63,766 bases of DNA from an uncultured Verrucomicrobia subdivision 3 bacterium. Lineage in GTDB: Bacteria; Verrucomicrobiota; Verrucomicrobiia; Limisphaerales; UBA11358. The position numbers and the translations under genes are program-made. The notes beneath the pieces were generated by a model. It worked only from the letters and a program-made list of their open reading frames with translations. It did not search any database and was not told the DNA's origin. Below are positions 53,682-63,222 of the stretch, one piece after another (position 1 is the stretch's first letter; each line of letters opens with the position of its first letter). Where the stretch lies: assembly GCA_903820285.1 (NCBI GenBank), contig CAIJGS010000008.1, positions 1 to 63,766 on the forward strand. Reading direction: 5' to 3'.

Positions 53682-54388
53682 AAATCTCCAATCAATGTTT
53701 TTACTTCCACCGGGTTCAACGTCCGCCATTTGCCGGGTTTCAATTCGGCCAGGCGGATTTTTCCGATTTGAATCCGCTGCAATTTTTTCACCGTGAGCGC
53801 CTGGGATTCAAACAGCCGGCGGACTTCACGATTTTTGCCTTCACCAAGTTCCAACTCCACCACGCTTTTGGCGCGGGTGCTCGAGACGATCCGACCGGCG
53901 AGTGCGGTCAGCTTTTCACCTTCGTGATAGATGCCGCTCTTGAACAGCTCGATCGTCGCATGCTTGACCTCCCCTTCCACGGTTACCAGATACTTTTTCC
54001 GGATGCCGTAGCGGGGATGCGTCAGGCGCAAGGCGAATTGTCCATCATTGGTGAGAAAAATCAATCCTTCGCTGTTAAAGTCCAGCCGGCCGACCGTCTG
54101 GACGGTGGACCATTCGCGGGGAAGCAGTTCGTAGATGGCCGGACGGTTGAGCTCATCCTTGCGGGAACAGACGCACCCGACGGGCTTGTTCATGGCCACA
54201 TAGACCAGTTTTTTGGCGGCCACGAGCTGGCCATCCACGGTCACCTTGTCCCGTTCGGCATCCACCTTGGTGCCGAGCAGACGGATGACCTGGCCGTTGA
54301 CGCAGACGCGTCCGGCCAAAATGAATTGCTCGCCGGCGCGGCGTGAGGCCACCCCGGCATCGGCGAGATATTTTTGTAAGCGAACCAT
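53678..54388 (-). CDS. Pseudouridine synthase, RsuA/RluB family (S4 + PseudoU_synth_2)
   Basis: 236 aa. MVRLQKYLADAGVASRRAGEQFILAGRVCVNGQ...VGRLDFNSEGLIFLTNDG. Confidence 0.9.
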   Translation of the reverse strand: MVRLQKYLADAGVASRRAGEQFILAGRVCVNGQVIRLLGTKVDAERDKVTVDGQLVAAKKLVYVAMNKPVGCVCSRKDELNRPAIYELLPREWSTVQTVGRLDFNSEGLIFLTNDGQFALRLTHPRYGIRKKYLVTVEGEVKHATIELFKSGIYHEGEKLTALAGRIVSSTRAKSVVELELGEGKNREVRRLFESQALTVKKLQRIQIGKIRLAELKPGKWRTLNPVEVKTLIGDL

Positions 54389-54471
54389 GAGAAGTCAGAA
54401 GTTTGAAGTGGGAAGATGAAGTTGAACGCAAGCGACATCTTCGTCCTTCTCACCTCACCCTTCGTCCTTCC

Positions 54472-54627
54472 TCAGGCTTCGGGCTTGGTCTTGCGGAGAC
54501 CGGTAATACGGTCGCCGTCTTTCCACTGGCCGCGCTTCTTGAGCAGGGCGGTGCGTTCGAAACGCTTGAGGACATTGCGCTTGCCACCCAAGGTGGAAGC
54601 CGCGCGGAGGCTGGGATGCAGTGACAT
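54472..54627 (-). CDS. 51-aa highly basic protein (PVC-type small basic protein)
   Basis: Internal ATG at 54627 of ORF 54472..54756: MSLHPSLRAASTLGGKRNVLKRFERTALLKKRGQWKDGDRITGLRKTKPEA. It resembles the small basic protein family I recall from Chlamydiae, Planctomycetes and Verrucomicrobia. Not verified. Confidence 0.5.
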   Translation of the reverse strand: MSLHPSLRAASTLGGKRNVLKRFERTALLKKRGQWKDGDRITGLRKTKPEA

Positions 54628-54734
54628 AAAGTTATGTTTTAAAAATGAGGTCTGATAATAGCAAAAAAACACGGCACGGCAATGACTAAATTTGACAATG
54701 TGGCGGTTTTCGCCGGCGGGCAAGATATCCTCCA

Positions 54735-55964
54735 TCAGGCCCACAGCGCCAGCCAAGCCAGCAGGCCGGCGAGGGCAACGACGGTAACGGGGATGCCGAG
54801 GCGGGCGAAATCCCAGAAGGAGATGCGGATGCCAAGGTTTCGGGCCTGCTGGACGACGATCATGTTGGAGACGCTCCCGATGACAATGAGGCTGCCGCCA
54901 AAGCTGTTGGCCAAGGCCAGGACGTAGGGCGTGCAGGGATGCGACAGATTGACGACTTTCAGCAGGAGCATGACGGTGGCCGAATTGCCGATCATATTCG
55001 ACATGACGGTGGTGGCTAGGGTGAGGTTGGCCGGGGAATTGAGGTTGAATCCGGCGAGGGCGAGCCAGTGGACGGCGCTTTCACCTAGGCCCGTGGATTG
55101 GAAGGCGCCGGCAACCACAAACAGGCCCATAAACAGCACAAGGATCGGCCATTCGACGAGGCCGAGAAGGTCGTCGGTCCGGTATTTGGTGCTGGCGAGG
55201 TGAATGGCGGCGGCGGTGAGGGCGATGACTTCCTTCGGTAACGAGGTGAAAAACAGGCCGATGGTGATGGCCAGGATGACGATGCCTTTTAAAGTGTGAA
55301 TCCGGTTCAGCGGATAGGATGGGCGGGCCGGAACCGTCTGACTGGAAGGCGCGGCCGCGAGATTCTTGCACGACAGCCACCAGATGATGCCGTATGCGGT
55401 CGCCAGACCGAAGATGACCGGCACGAGGCTCCACAGCAGGTATCGGCCAAACCCCAGATGCGCGATCTGGCCGATCATCATGTTCTGAGGATTGCCGATG
55501 AGGGTGGCCCCGGCACCGATGTTGCTGGAAATGGTGAGGGCGATTAGGAACGGGACGGGATTGAGCTGTTTGCGCAGGAGCGCGCCACCAACCACGGGGG
55601 CAAAGACAAAGCAGACGATGTCGTGGTTCAAAAACGTGGAGAGCCCGGCGCTTGCGGCCATGAGGATGAAGAGGAAGCGGGCGGGATGATCCAAGCGGGC
55701 AGCGATGGCACCGGCCACGAGGTCGTAAAAGCCAGAGAGACAGAGCTGCGCGGAGATGACGAAGAAGCCGAAGAGCAGAAAGATGGTCGGCCAGTTGACA
55801 TAGGACACGGCGTCCGGGGTGGTGACACCGCCGAAAATCATCAGGGCAATGGCGCCCAGCAGGGCGATGCCGGCCCGGTTGGTCTTGAGCCCGGGAATGT
55901 GGCCGATGGCGATGCTCAGATAAGTGATCGCAAAAATTGCCAGAATGGCATGGGCCGGTTGCAT
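54735..55964 (-). CDS. ArsB/NhaD-superfamily anion permease
   Basis: ORF track gives 54735..56057. The likely start is MQPAHAILAIFAITYLSIAIGHIPG (ATG at 55964). About 11-12 TM. The substrate cannot be assigned. Confidence 0.75.
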   Translation of the reverse strand: MQPAHAILAIFAITYLSIAIGHIPGLKTNRAGIALLGAIALMIFGGVTTPDAVSYVNWPTIFLLFGFFVISAQLCLSGFYDLVAGAIAARLDHPARFLFILMAASAGLSTFLNHDIVCFVFAPVVGGALLRKQLNPVPFLIALTISSNIGAGATLIGNPQNMMIGQIAHLGFGRYLLWSLVPVIFGLATAYGIIWWLSCKNLAAAPSSQTVPARPSYPLNRIHTLKGIVILAITIGLFFTSLPKEVIALTAAAIHLASTKYRTDDLLGLVEWPILVLFMGLFVVAGAFQSTGLGESAVHWLALAGFNLNSPANLTLATTVMSNMIGNSATVMLLLKVVNLSHPCTPYVLALANSFGGSLIVIGSVSNMIVVQQARNLGIRISFWDFARLGIPVTVVALAGLLAWLALWA

Positions 55965-56282
55965 GTGATGGCGGCGAAGGGTTGCCTCCGCGCTGCCGGG
56001 GATGTTGGCGAAAAATCTGGAGGTGCGCAATGAGAACGACGAGGCAACGAGCGGCATTCCCCTGCCCCGGCGGTAGGAGGCTGGAACGGCGAACTGCGCC
56101 CAAACATAAGCAGGTGTATACTTTATAAAAGCGATGACAGCTTAAGCACGGCGGGCACAGACCGCCGCACAATGGCTGAAAGCGGTATCCTAGCGGCAGG
56201 GCTTGACAATGTGGGCCAAAAGCGCAGATTTGAGATAGAGTTCCCATTATATTACCCATTCAGACTAGTGAATTATAGTTTT

Positions 56283-58982
56283 ATGAAAACCACCCTTGGA
56301 ATCCGGTGGCTGTCCGGTTGTTTCGGGCTATTGCTCCTATTGGGCATGGGTACCGGTATTGCCCGCAGTCAGGCCATCCCTTTTGCCGTCAGTTTCTGGT
56401 ATCCGACCAACGGGCAGGGTTTTGTCGCGCCAGCCACGGTGGGGGTCCATGCCTTGGTGACTGATTCAAATGTCGTCCGGATCATGCAGTACTTCTCGGG
56501 CACCTCCGTGATTGGCACGGTCACGAATGCGGGCAGCGTGCTGCTGACCAATTCAGCGCAGGGCAGTCCGTTTTTCATGTCGTGGAGCAATGTCCAAGTG
56601 GGCGGTTACACCTTGCGAGCGGTGGCCTTGGATAGCATGGGACGTTATGCCACTTCCGCACCGGTTAACGTATCGGTTACGAGCGCGCCGCCGGTGGTGA
56701 TCCGGCCTTCGGTTTACATTTACTCGCCTACGAATAGATCATCGTTCGGTTATCCCACCAACGTGATGCTCTATGCGCGCGCGGCAGAGAGCACGGGCAC
56801 GGTGGCGACGGTACAGTTCTTCGCCAACAGTGTCAGTCTGGGCACCGTCTCGAATAGCAGTCAGACCGTATTCACCAACATCAGTACGGAACCACTCTTT
56901 CCACTTACTTGGTCGAATGCACCGGTGGGCAGCTTCGCATTGACCGCGCTGGCCACGGATGCAAAGGGCATGACCGCAACTTCCTCGGTGGTCAATATTA
57001 CGGTGGTTACCAATACGCCGCCACCGGTGATCCGGCCTTCGGTTTATATCTATTCGCCCACGAATGGAACCAGCTTTGTGGCCCCGGCGGCGGTGGGGAT
57101 TTATGTTCATGCCTTGGAGAGCACTGGCACTATCGCCACCGTGCAGTTTTTCGCCAACAGCACCAGTCTGGGCGTGGTCTCCAACAACAGCCAGATGGTG
57201 TTTACCAATATCAGTTCCGTGCCGCTTTTCCCGCTGGTCTGGTCGAATGCTCCGGCCGGCAGCTATGCGCTAACTGCACTGGCCACGGATGCGAAGGGTA
57301 TGACGGCGACGTCTTCGGTGGTCAACATATCAGTGGTTACCAATACGCCGCCGCCGGTGGTTCATCCGTCCGTGGGGATTTATTCGCCGACCAATGGAAC
57401 GTCGTTTGTGTCCCCGGCCGCGGTGGGGATTTATGCCCGGGCCGTGGAAAGCACGGGCACGGTGGCCTCGGTGCAGTTTTATGCGAATAGCATTTACCTG
57501 GGCTCCGTCTCCAACAGCAGCCAGGCGGTCTTTACGAACATCAGTTCGGTGCTGCTCTTTCCGATCACCTGGTCAAATGCGCCGGTGGGCAGTTACGCAC
57601 TGAAAGCCATTGCCACGGATGCCAATGGCCAGACAGCGACATCGGCGTTGGTCAACATTACGGTGATGACCAATGCGCCAACGCCGCCGGTCATTCCATT
57701 CTACGTCAGCTTCTGGTATCCGACCAATGGCCAGAAGTTTGCCGCCCCGGCAACGATTGGGGTGCATGCGCTGGTGACGGATTCCAATGTGGTGCGGGCA
57801 ATGCAATATTTTGCGAACGGAACCAGCATCGGGGTGGTTACCAATGGCGGTACGGTACCGCTGACAAATTCCACACAGAGCAATCCGTTCTTTATGTCGT
57901 GGAGCAATGTGCCGGCGGGCAGTTATACCCTAACGGCGCTGGCCATGGATAGCGCCGGCAATCTGGCCACCTCCGCGCCGGTTACGGTAACGGTGACCAA
58001 TGTTCCGGCACCGGTCGTGCCTTTCGCGGTCAGTTTCTGGTATCCGACGAATGGCCAGATGTTCCTGGTCCCGGCGACGATTGGCGTGCATGCGAAGGTG
58101 ACGGATTCCAACGTGGTGCAAACCGTCCAATATTTTGCCAGCGGTACGAGCATCGGTTTGGTGACCAATTCGGCAGCGACGCTGCTGACAAATTCAACCC
58201 AGGGCAATCCGTTCTTCCTCGCGTGGAGCAATGTGCCGGCGGGCAATTATGTTTTGACGGCTTTGGCGACGGACAGTGCGGGTCATTCTGCGACCTCGGG
58301 CCCAGTGTCCATTTTTGTACTGACCAATCTGCCACCGGTGGTTAGCATTTATGCGCCGGATCCAGTGGCCATTGAAGGAACGAATTATGGAAACTGGTAT
58401 TCGCCCACCAATGCCACGACGAACTATATCAGCGGGGCGAATACCGCGACCTTCCTGGTGCGGCGGGATACCGCGACAAATACGGCGCTTACAGTTTATT
58501 ACACGATTGGCGGGACGGCCATCAACGGGGTGGATTATGTGACACTGCCCACTTCGGTCACGATTCCGGCCGGCCAGCGGTATGCGCTGATCACGATTGA
58601 TCCGCTGGATGACATGGATTCGAGCTACCGGCCTTATGATACGGTGATCCTTTCGCTGCTATTGCCGCCCACGGCTTATACTTCCCCGCTGACGTATAGC
58701 GTTGGCACACCGGCCAGCGCGGGGGCGATCATTCTGGAAGAAAACTTCCTGCCGATGCCCAATCCGGTAATTCGCAATCTCCCGGACAGTTCACTGCATG
58801 TGTCGCTGCCGGCAACGAACGGCATGAATTTCTGCCTGCAAATCTCGACGGATCTGCTGAATTGGATACCGGTCTGCACCAACACGGTGCTGAAAGGTTC
58901 CGCGCAGTATGTGGATCCGGGCAGCGGCAACGCAGGTCTGTATTACCGGATTGTGCCGGTGAACGTGCCGGGCAGTTACTGA
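56283..58982 (+). CDS. Secreted protein with six bacterial Ig-like units (A-B-B-B-A-A), a Calx-beta domain and a C-terminal STDLxxW...YYR module
   Basis: ORF track gives 56172..58982. The signal peptide MKTTLGIRWLSGCFGLLLLLGMGTGIARSQA starts at 56283. There are 110-aa units of two flavours. Calx-beta: TVYYTIGGTAINGVDYVTLPTSVTIPAGQRYALITIDPLDD. Confidence 0.8.
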   Translation: MKTTLGIRWLSGCFGLLLLLGMGTGIARSQAIPFAVSFWYPTNGQGFVAPATVGVHALVTDSNVVRIMQYFSGTSVIGTVTNAGSVLLTNSAQGSPFFMSWSNVQVGGYTLRAVALDSMGRYATSAPVNVSVTSAPPVVIRPSVYIYSPTNRSSFGYPTNVMLYARAAESTGTVATVQFFANSVSLGTVSNSSQTVFTNISTEPLFPLTWSNAPVGSFALTALATDAKGMTATSSVVNITVVTNTPPPVIRPSVYIYSPTNGTSFVAPAAVGIYVHALESTGTIATVQFFANSTSLGVVSNNSQMVFTNISSVPLFPLVWSNAPAGSYALTALATDAKGMTATSSVVNISVVTNTPPPVVHPSVGIYSPTNGTSFVSPAAVGIYARAVESTGTVASVQFYANSIYLGSVSNSSQAVFTNISSVLLFPITWSNAPVGSYALKAIATDANGQTATSALVNITVMTNAPTPPVIPFYVSFWYPTNGQKFAAPATIGVHALVTDSNVVRAMQYFANGTSIGVVTNGGTVPLTNSTQSNPFFMSWSNVPAGSYTLTALAMDSAGNLATSAPVTVTVTNVPAPVVPFAVSFWYPTNGQMFLVPATIGVHAKVTDSNVVQTVQYFASGTSIGLVTNSAATLLTNSTQGNPFFLAWSNVPAGNYVLTALATDSAGHSATSGPVSIFVLTNLPPVVSIYAPDPVAIEGTNYGNWYSPTNATTNYISGANTATFLVRRDTATNTALTVYYTIGGTAINGVDYVTLPTSVTIPAGQRYALITIDPLDDMDSSYRPYDTVILSLLLPPTAYTSPLTYSVGTPASAGAIILEENFLPMPNPVIRNLPDSSLHVSLPATNGMNFCLQISTDLLNWIPVCTNTVLKGSAQYVDPGSGNAGLYYRIVPVNVPGSY

Positions 58983-59097
58983 CCGCAGGCGAAGACTTGG
59001 TTCACGCCAGCGCCAGCAGCATTCCCCTGCCCAAGCATGCTGACATCATGCCAACCGGCGTTTGCCTGCGACGCGCTGCGGTTTGAGAATATTGGAA

Positions 59098-59323
59098 GGG
59101 CCAAAGGCCCGGTTCATACCAGCCTGGGGCATCGCCCCAGGAATGGCACCCAACCATTCTCCTCAAGCGCCAACGGCGCGTACCATGCTTCCAAGTTGGT
59201 ACTGGCGTTGGCGGCAAATTGGTGAGAGGGGGTGAAGGTGGGACGGGCTTTCAGCCCTTTGATGTTTGCGACTTGATTCCTCGGGCGTTGCCCCAGGCTG
59301 GTATGGTGTCGCGCCGTTGGCGC
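59098..59323. repeat. Two BIME-like mosaic repeat copies (three GC hairpins each) between convergent genes
   Basis: Copy A at 59098-59179: GGGCCAAAGGCCC ... ATACCAGCCTGGGGCATCGCCCCAGGAAT ... GCGCCAACGGCGC. Copy B at 59245-59323: GGGCTTTCAGCCC ... the core inverted (27/29 identical) ... GCGCCGTTGGCGC. Confidence 0.85.
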
Positions 59324-59366
59324 TGACGGAGCGATACAATTGAACCGCGAACCCACCATGCAAGTA

Positions 59367-60392
59367 TCACGCCAGCGCCCAGCCCGGCTTGATTTCTTCA
59401 TCAAGCGGGGGCAGCGGCGTATTCGCGAGGAGCTTTCTTTCCGCCAGAATGCCGATCATGGCGGCGTTGTCGGTGCAGAGGGTTTTGTCGGCCAGGCGCA
59501 GGGTAAGCCCGTGGCGCTGGCAGGCGCGTTCCAGTTCACGGCGCAGAGCGCGGTTGCAGGTCACCCCCCCCGAAGCGGTCACGCAGCGGACGCCTTCGCG
59601 CTTGGCGGCGCGGATGGTTTTCTTCACGAGCACATCCACGATGGCGGCCTGCACGCTGGCGCAGAGGTCACGGATTTTCTGGGCGTCCAGCAGGAGGTCC
59701 GGATGGTCACGGATAAAATAGCGGACGGAGGTCTTCAATCCACTGAAACTGAAATCATCGTTGGAATCGTGCAGCAGCGGGCGTGGGAAGGTGAAAGCCG
59801 TGGGATTCCCCTGCTCGGCCAGACGGTCGATTTCCGGACCGGCGGGATATGGGAGGCCCATGAGCTTGCCGGTTTTGTCGAAACATTCGCCGGCGGCGTC
59901 GTCGATGGTGCCGCCGAGCACGCGGTGTTTCAGCTCGGATTCCACGAGCACGAGCATGGTGTGACCGCCGCTGACGATGAGAGAGAGATTGGGGCGGAAG
60001 GCGGCGAAATCTGCCACGGGCGGGGTACCGGCAATCCACGGGGAATAGAGATGCGCCTCGTGATGGTTAATGCCGATGAAGGGCTTTTGCAGGGCGAAGG
60101 CCATGGCTTGCGCGGCCTTGTAGCCAACGAGCAGCGCGGTGGGCAGGCCGGGGCCTTGCGTGGCGGCGATGGCGTCCAATTGCGCGGCGGTGATGCCGGC
60201 CTCGCGCAGGGCGGACTGGGCAACGGGCAGAAAGTTTTTCAGATGTTCGCGTGCGGCGAGTTCGGGCACCACGCCGCCGTATTCGGCGTGGAGCTTGATC
60301 TGGGAGGAGACGACGTTGGCCAGGATTTTGCCATCGCGGCACACGGCAGCGCTGGTTTCATCGCAGGAAGTTTCGAGGGCCAATAGGGTCAT
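59367..60392 (-). CDS. tsaD: tRNA N6-adenosine threonylcarbamoyltransferase
   Basis: 341 aa. MTLLALETSCDETSAAV...HHEAHLYS...SGGHT...ASGGVTCN. Confidence 0.95.
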   Translation of the reverse strand: MTLLALETSCDETSAAVCRDGKILANVVSSQIKLHAEYGGVVPELAAREHLKNFLPVAQSALREAGITAAQLDAIAATQGPGLPTALLVGYKAAQAMAFALQKPFIGINHHEAHLYSPWIAGTPPVADFAAFRPNLSLIVSGGHTMLVLVESELKHRVLGGTIDDAAGECFDKTGKLMGLPYPAGPEIDRLAEQGNPTAFTFPRPLLHDSNDDFSFSGLKTSVRYFIRDHPDLLLDAQKIRDLCASVQAAIVDVLVKKTIRAAKREGVRCVTASGGVTCNRALRRELERACQRHGLTLRLADKTLCTDNAAMIGILAERKLLANTPLPPLDEEIKPGWALA

Positions 60393-60433
60393 GGACGGAG
60401 GCCACCCGATACGGGCGGCCGATGCGACTGATT

Positions 60434-61747
60434 TTATTTTACGGCGACTTTCTGCGGTTTCGGGGCGCTGGTAATGTGCTGATACAGGATCAGGCCTTTG
60501 AGCACTTCCTGGGCGCGGTCGAGTTGCTGGTCGGGCATGGCGGCGACACGGGCGCGGTCGGCATCGGGCAAGGCTTCGATGCCGCCGGGGGCGCGCTTGA
60601 TGATGAGCGCAGCCTCCTCTGTATCGCTCACGGGCACATAAATGTCGGGCGTGATGCCGTGCTGATGGATGACCTTGTGGCTGGGGGTGTAATATTTGGC
60701 GACGGTTAGCTTAAGCGCAGAACCGTCATCGAGGGGGAAGATGGTCTGGACAGAGCCTTTGCCGAAGGTCTTCTCGCCGAGCACGACGGCGCGGTGGCGA
60801 TCCTGAAGGCAACCGGTGACAATTTCGGCGGCGCTGGCGCTGCCCAGATTGACGAGGAGCACGATGGGCACGCCGGGAAGTTCATCGCCGCCGCCTTCGG
60901 CAAAATATTTTTCCACCACGTGACGGCCTTCGGTGGAGACGATCAATTCGCCCGCCGGCAGAAATTTCTGGCAAACGGCCTTGGCCTGGTCGAGCAGACC
61001 ACCGGGATTCCAGCGGAGGTCAATGATGAGGCCTTTGAGGTGCTGTTGCCGGAGTTTGTCGAGGGCGGCTTCCAGTTCTTCGCCGGTCTTGTCGCCGAAC
61101 TGGGTGATTTGGAGATAACCAATTTGGTTCTCCAGCAGCGGGAATTCCTTTTTGCCGTTGAGGTCTTTAACCATGGCCATCTGGATGATGGCACGGGTGA
61201 GGGTGTAATCTTTGGTCACGCCGGTGGAGGGACGTTGCACCGTAAGGGTGACGCTGGAACCGGGATCGCCGCGCAGATTTTTCACAACGTCGGTAAGTTC
61301 TTTACCTTGGACCAGTTTGCCCTCGACCTTGATGATGCGATCGCCGGCGAGAATGCCGGCACGGAAGCCGGGGGTGTCGTCCATGGGGGAAACCACGGTG
61401 ACGTAGCCGTTCTTGGCGGCCACGACGAGGCCAAGGCCACCGAACTGGCCTTCGGTATCGTCCTGCAATTCCTGAAAGGATTCGGCGTCAAGAAATTCGC
61501 TGTGGGGATCAAGCTTGCTGACGGTGCCGCGGAGGGCGGCGTAAACGAGCTGCTGGTAGGTGAGGTCCTTGCCATCCACGTATTCACTGCGGATCTTCTG
61601 GATGACGTCATTGAACAGCTCCATGTTCGCCTGGACGCTGTCATCGTCCGCGACCGGCTTGGCGGCATTTAGATAGACCTTGGCGCCCATGGCCAGATTG
61701 ACCACGAGGGCGAGCAGTACCAGGCCGAAAACAAGACGGCGTTTCAT
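60434..61747 (-). CDS. S41-family C-terminal processing peptidase with PDZ domain
   Basis: 437 aa. N-terminal TM, PDZ (PGFRAGILAGDRIIKVEG), GLIIDLRWNPGGLL, and GSASAAEI (catalytic Ser). Confidence 0.9.
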   Translation of the reverse strand: MKRRLVFGLVLLALVVNLAMGAKVYLNAAKPVADDDSVQANMELFNDVIQKIRSEYVDGKDLTYQQLVYAALRGTVSKLDPHSEFLDAESFQELQDDTEGQFGGLGLVVAAKNGYVTVVSPMDDTPGFRAGILAGDRIIKVEGKLVQGKELTDVVKNLRGDPGSSVTLTVQRPSTGVTKDYTLTRAIIQMAMVKDLNGKKEFPLLENQIGYLQITQFGDKTGEELEAALDKLRQQHLKGLIIDLRWNPGGLLDQAKAVCQKFLPAGELIVSTEGRHVVEKYFAEGGGDELPGVPIVLLVNLGSASAAEIVTGCLQDRHRAVVLGEKTFGKGSVQTIFPLDDGSALKLTVAKYYTPSHKVIHQHGITPDIYVPVSDTEEAALIIKRAPGGIEALPDADRARVAAMPDQQLDRAQEVLKGLILYQHITSAPKPQKVAVK

Positions 61748-61765
61748 GGCGTCATTCTGACTGAA

Positions 61766-62449
61766 TCAGCCACCGGACTGCAACAGGGATTCCACAAAAG
61801 GTAGATCGGCGGGGACGGTGACCTTGGGATTGGGGGCGGAACCTTTGACGAGACGCACGGGCTGGCCGATGACTTCGCAGGCGGCGGTGTCATCGGTTAG
61901 GTTCAGCCCCTGGGTCTTGGCGGTGCTGATGGCTTGGCGGATGGTGGTCACGCGAAAAGTCTGGGGGGTTTGCACGGACCAGAGCTTGGAGCGGTCCACG
62001 GTACGGAAAATCACCTGTCCATCGGCGGTTTCCTTGATGGTATCGGTAACGGGCTGGGCGGCCACGGCGGCACCGGTTTCCCAGGCGGCGGCAATGGTGG
62101 CATCGATCAGCTCGGCAGTGGTACAGGGACGGGCGGCGTCCTGGATGGCGACGATTTCAGCGTCGGGCGCGAGGGCGGACAGGCCGTTCCAAACGGAGTC
62201 CTGCCGTTCAGCCCCGCCAACGACAAGCCGGTAGGGTTTTTGAAAGTGGTATTTTTCCGCGAGTTCCGTGAAGTGGGGCTGCATGCCGTCGCGGACGACG
62301 AGAATGATTTCGTGGATGCCGGGGGCATCGTTGAAGCGCTGCCAGGTGTGGGCTACGACCGGGCGGCCGGCGACTTCGAGCCAGAGCTTGTCCACATTGG
62401 CGCCCATGCGCGTGCCCCGACCGGCGGCAACAATGATGGCGGAAACCAT
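61766..62449 (-). CDS. ispD: 2-C-methyl-D-erythritol 4-phosphate cytidylyltransferase
   Basis: 227 aa. MVSAIIVAAGRGTRMG...VVRDG...IQDAARP...TDD. Confidence 0.92.
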   Translation of the reverse strand: MVSAIIVAAGRGTRMGANVDKLWLEVAGRPVVAHTWQRFNDAPGIHEIILVVRDGMQPHFTELAEKYHFQKPYRLVVGGAERQDSVWNGLSALAPDAEIVAIQDAARPCTTAELIDATIAAAWETGAAVAAQPVTDTIKETADGQVIFRTVDRSKLWSVQTPQTFRVTTIRQAISTAKTQGLNLTDDTAACEVIGQPVRLVKGSAPNPKVTVPADLPFVESLLQSGG

Positions 62450-62542
62450 GGTGAAAGCGGAAGGAGTTGCAGTTATAAAATCAGAATATCAAAGTGACCG
62501 GTCCATTTGCTGCAACGCCAAATGCGGCCAAAAAACGAAGGC

Positions 62543-62755
62543 TTAACCAATACGCCAGACGATGCGGGCTTTGTTCAGATCGTAGGGAGACATCTCCATT
62601 TTGACCCGATCGCCCACGGTGAGACGCACGAATTTTTTGCGCATCTTGCCGGAGATGGTGGCGAGCACCTGGTGCTTGTTATCCAACTCCACGCGAAACA
62701 TTGTACCGGCGAGCACGGAAGAGATCCGCCCCTCAACTTCTATATGTTCTTCCAT
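62543..62755 (-). CDS. infA: Translation initiation factor IF-1
   Basis: 70 aa. [64 protein letters not shown]. Confidence 0.95.
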   Translation of the reverse strand: MEEHIEVEGRISSVLAGTMFRVELDNKHQVLATISGKMRKKFVRLTVGDRVKMEMSPYDLNKARIVWRIG

Positions 62756-62802
62756 GAAACAACAATTTACTATTTAACCCAAAACCGACTGAACAACTTG
62801 CC

Positions 62803-62839
62803 TAAAACAGCACGAGGCGACGCCGATGAAGGCGCCGCC
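62803..62839 (-). terminator. Possible terminator after the RRM gene
   Basis: Minus-sense sequence is GGCGGCGCC-ttcatc-GGCGTCGCC (9-bp stem, one mismatch), followed after 6 nt by TGTTTTA. The U-tract is weak. Confidence 0.3.
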
Positions 62840-62858
62840 CCGGCTGGTGAAAACCTAA

Positions 62859-63221
62859 TTAATAGCGTTCGCGACGACCACCGCCGCCGCCGTAACCGCC
62901 GCCGCTGCCGCCGCCGCCGCCGTATTCACGACGAGGACCGCGATCACGACCGCCGCCGCCGGCGGGACGTTCTTCCTTCGGACGGGCGACATTGACGGTC
63001 AAAGCGCGACCATCCAATTGGGCACCATTCAAAGCGGCAATAGCCTTCTGGGCCTCTTCGGGCGTGGAGAAGGTGACAAACGCAAAACCACGTGAACGAC
63101 CGGTCATACGGTCCATCATTAGGTTAGCTTCAACGACAGTGCCATGGGCGGCAAAAGCCTCATGCAGGTCGTTCTCAGTGGTGTTGAAGGAAAGATTTCC
63201 CACAAACAGTTTCGTACTCAT
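62859..63221 (-). CDS. RRM (RNP-1/RNP-2) RNA-binding protein with Gly/Arg-rich tail
   Basis: 120 aa. KLFVGNLSF (RNP-2), RGFAFVTF (RNP-1), and the C-terminal GGGGRDRGPRREYGGGGGSGGGYGGGGGRRERY. Confidence 0.92.
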   Translation of the reverse strand: MSTKLFVGNLSFNTTENDLHEAFAAHGTVVEANLMMDRMTGRSRGFAFVTFSTPEEAQKAIAALNGAQLDGRALTVNVARPKEERPAGGGGRDRGPRREYGGGGGSGGGYGGGGGRRERY

Positions 63222-63222
63222 T

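Noticed and set aside
54735-55964. ArsB/NhaD-superfamily permease as the missing partner of ArsA.
   Set aside because: It is 50 kb from the ars operon, embedded among unrelated genes, and I could not recognise ArsB-specific sequence. The superfamily includes many non-arsenic anion carriers.
55081-56259. 392-aa minus-strand ORF overlapping the permease gene in another frame.
   Set aside because: The translation is Arg/Pro/His-rich and non-protein-like. The 54735..55964 frame gives a typical polytopic ArsB/NhaD-type membrane protein.
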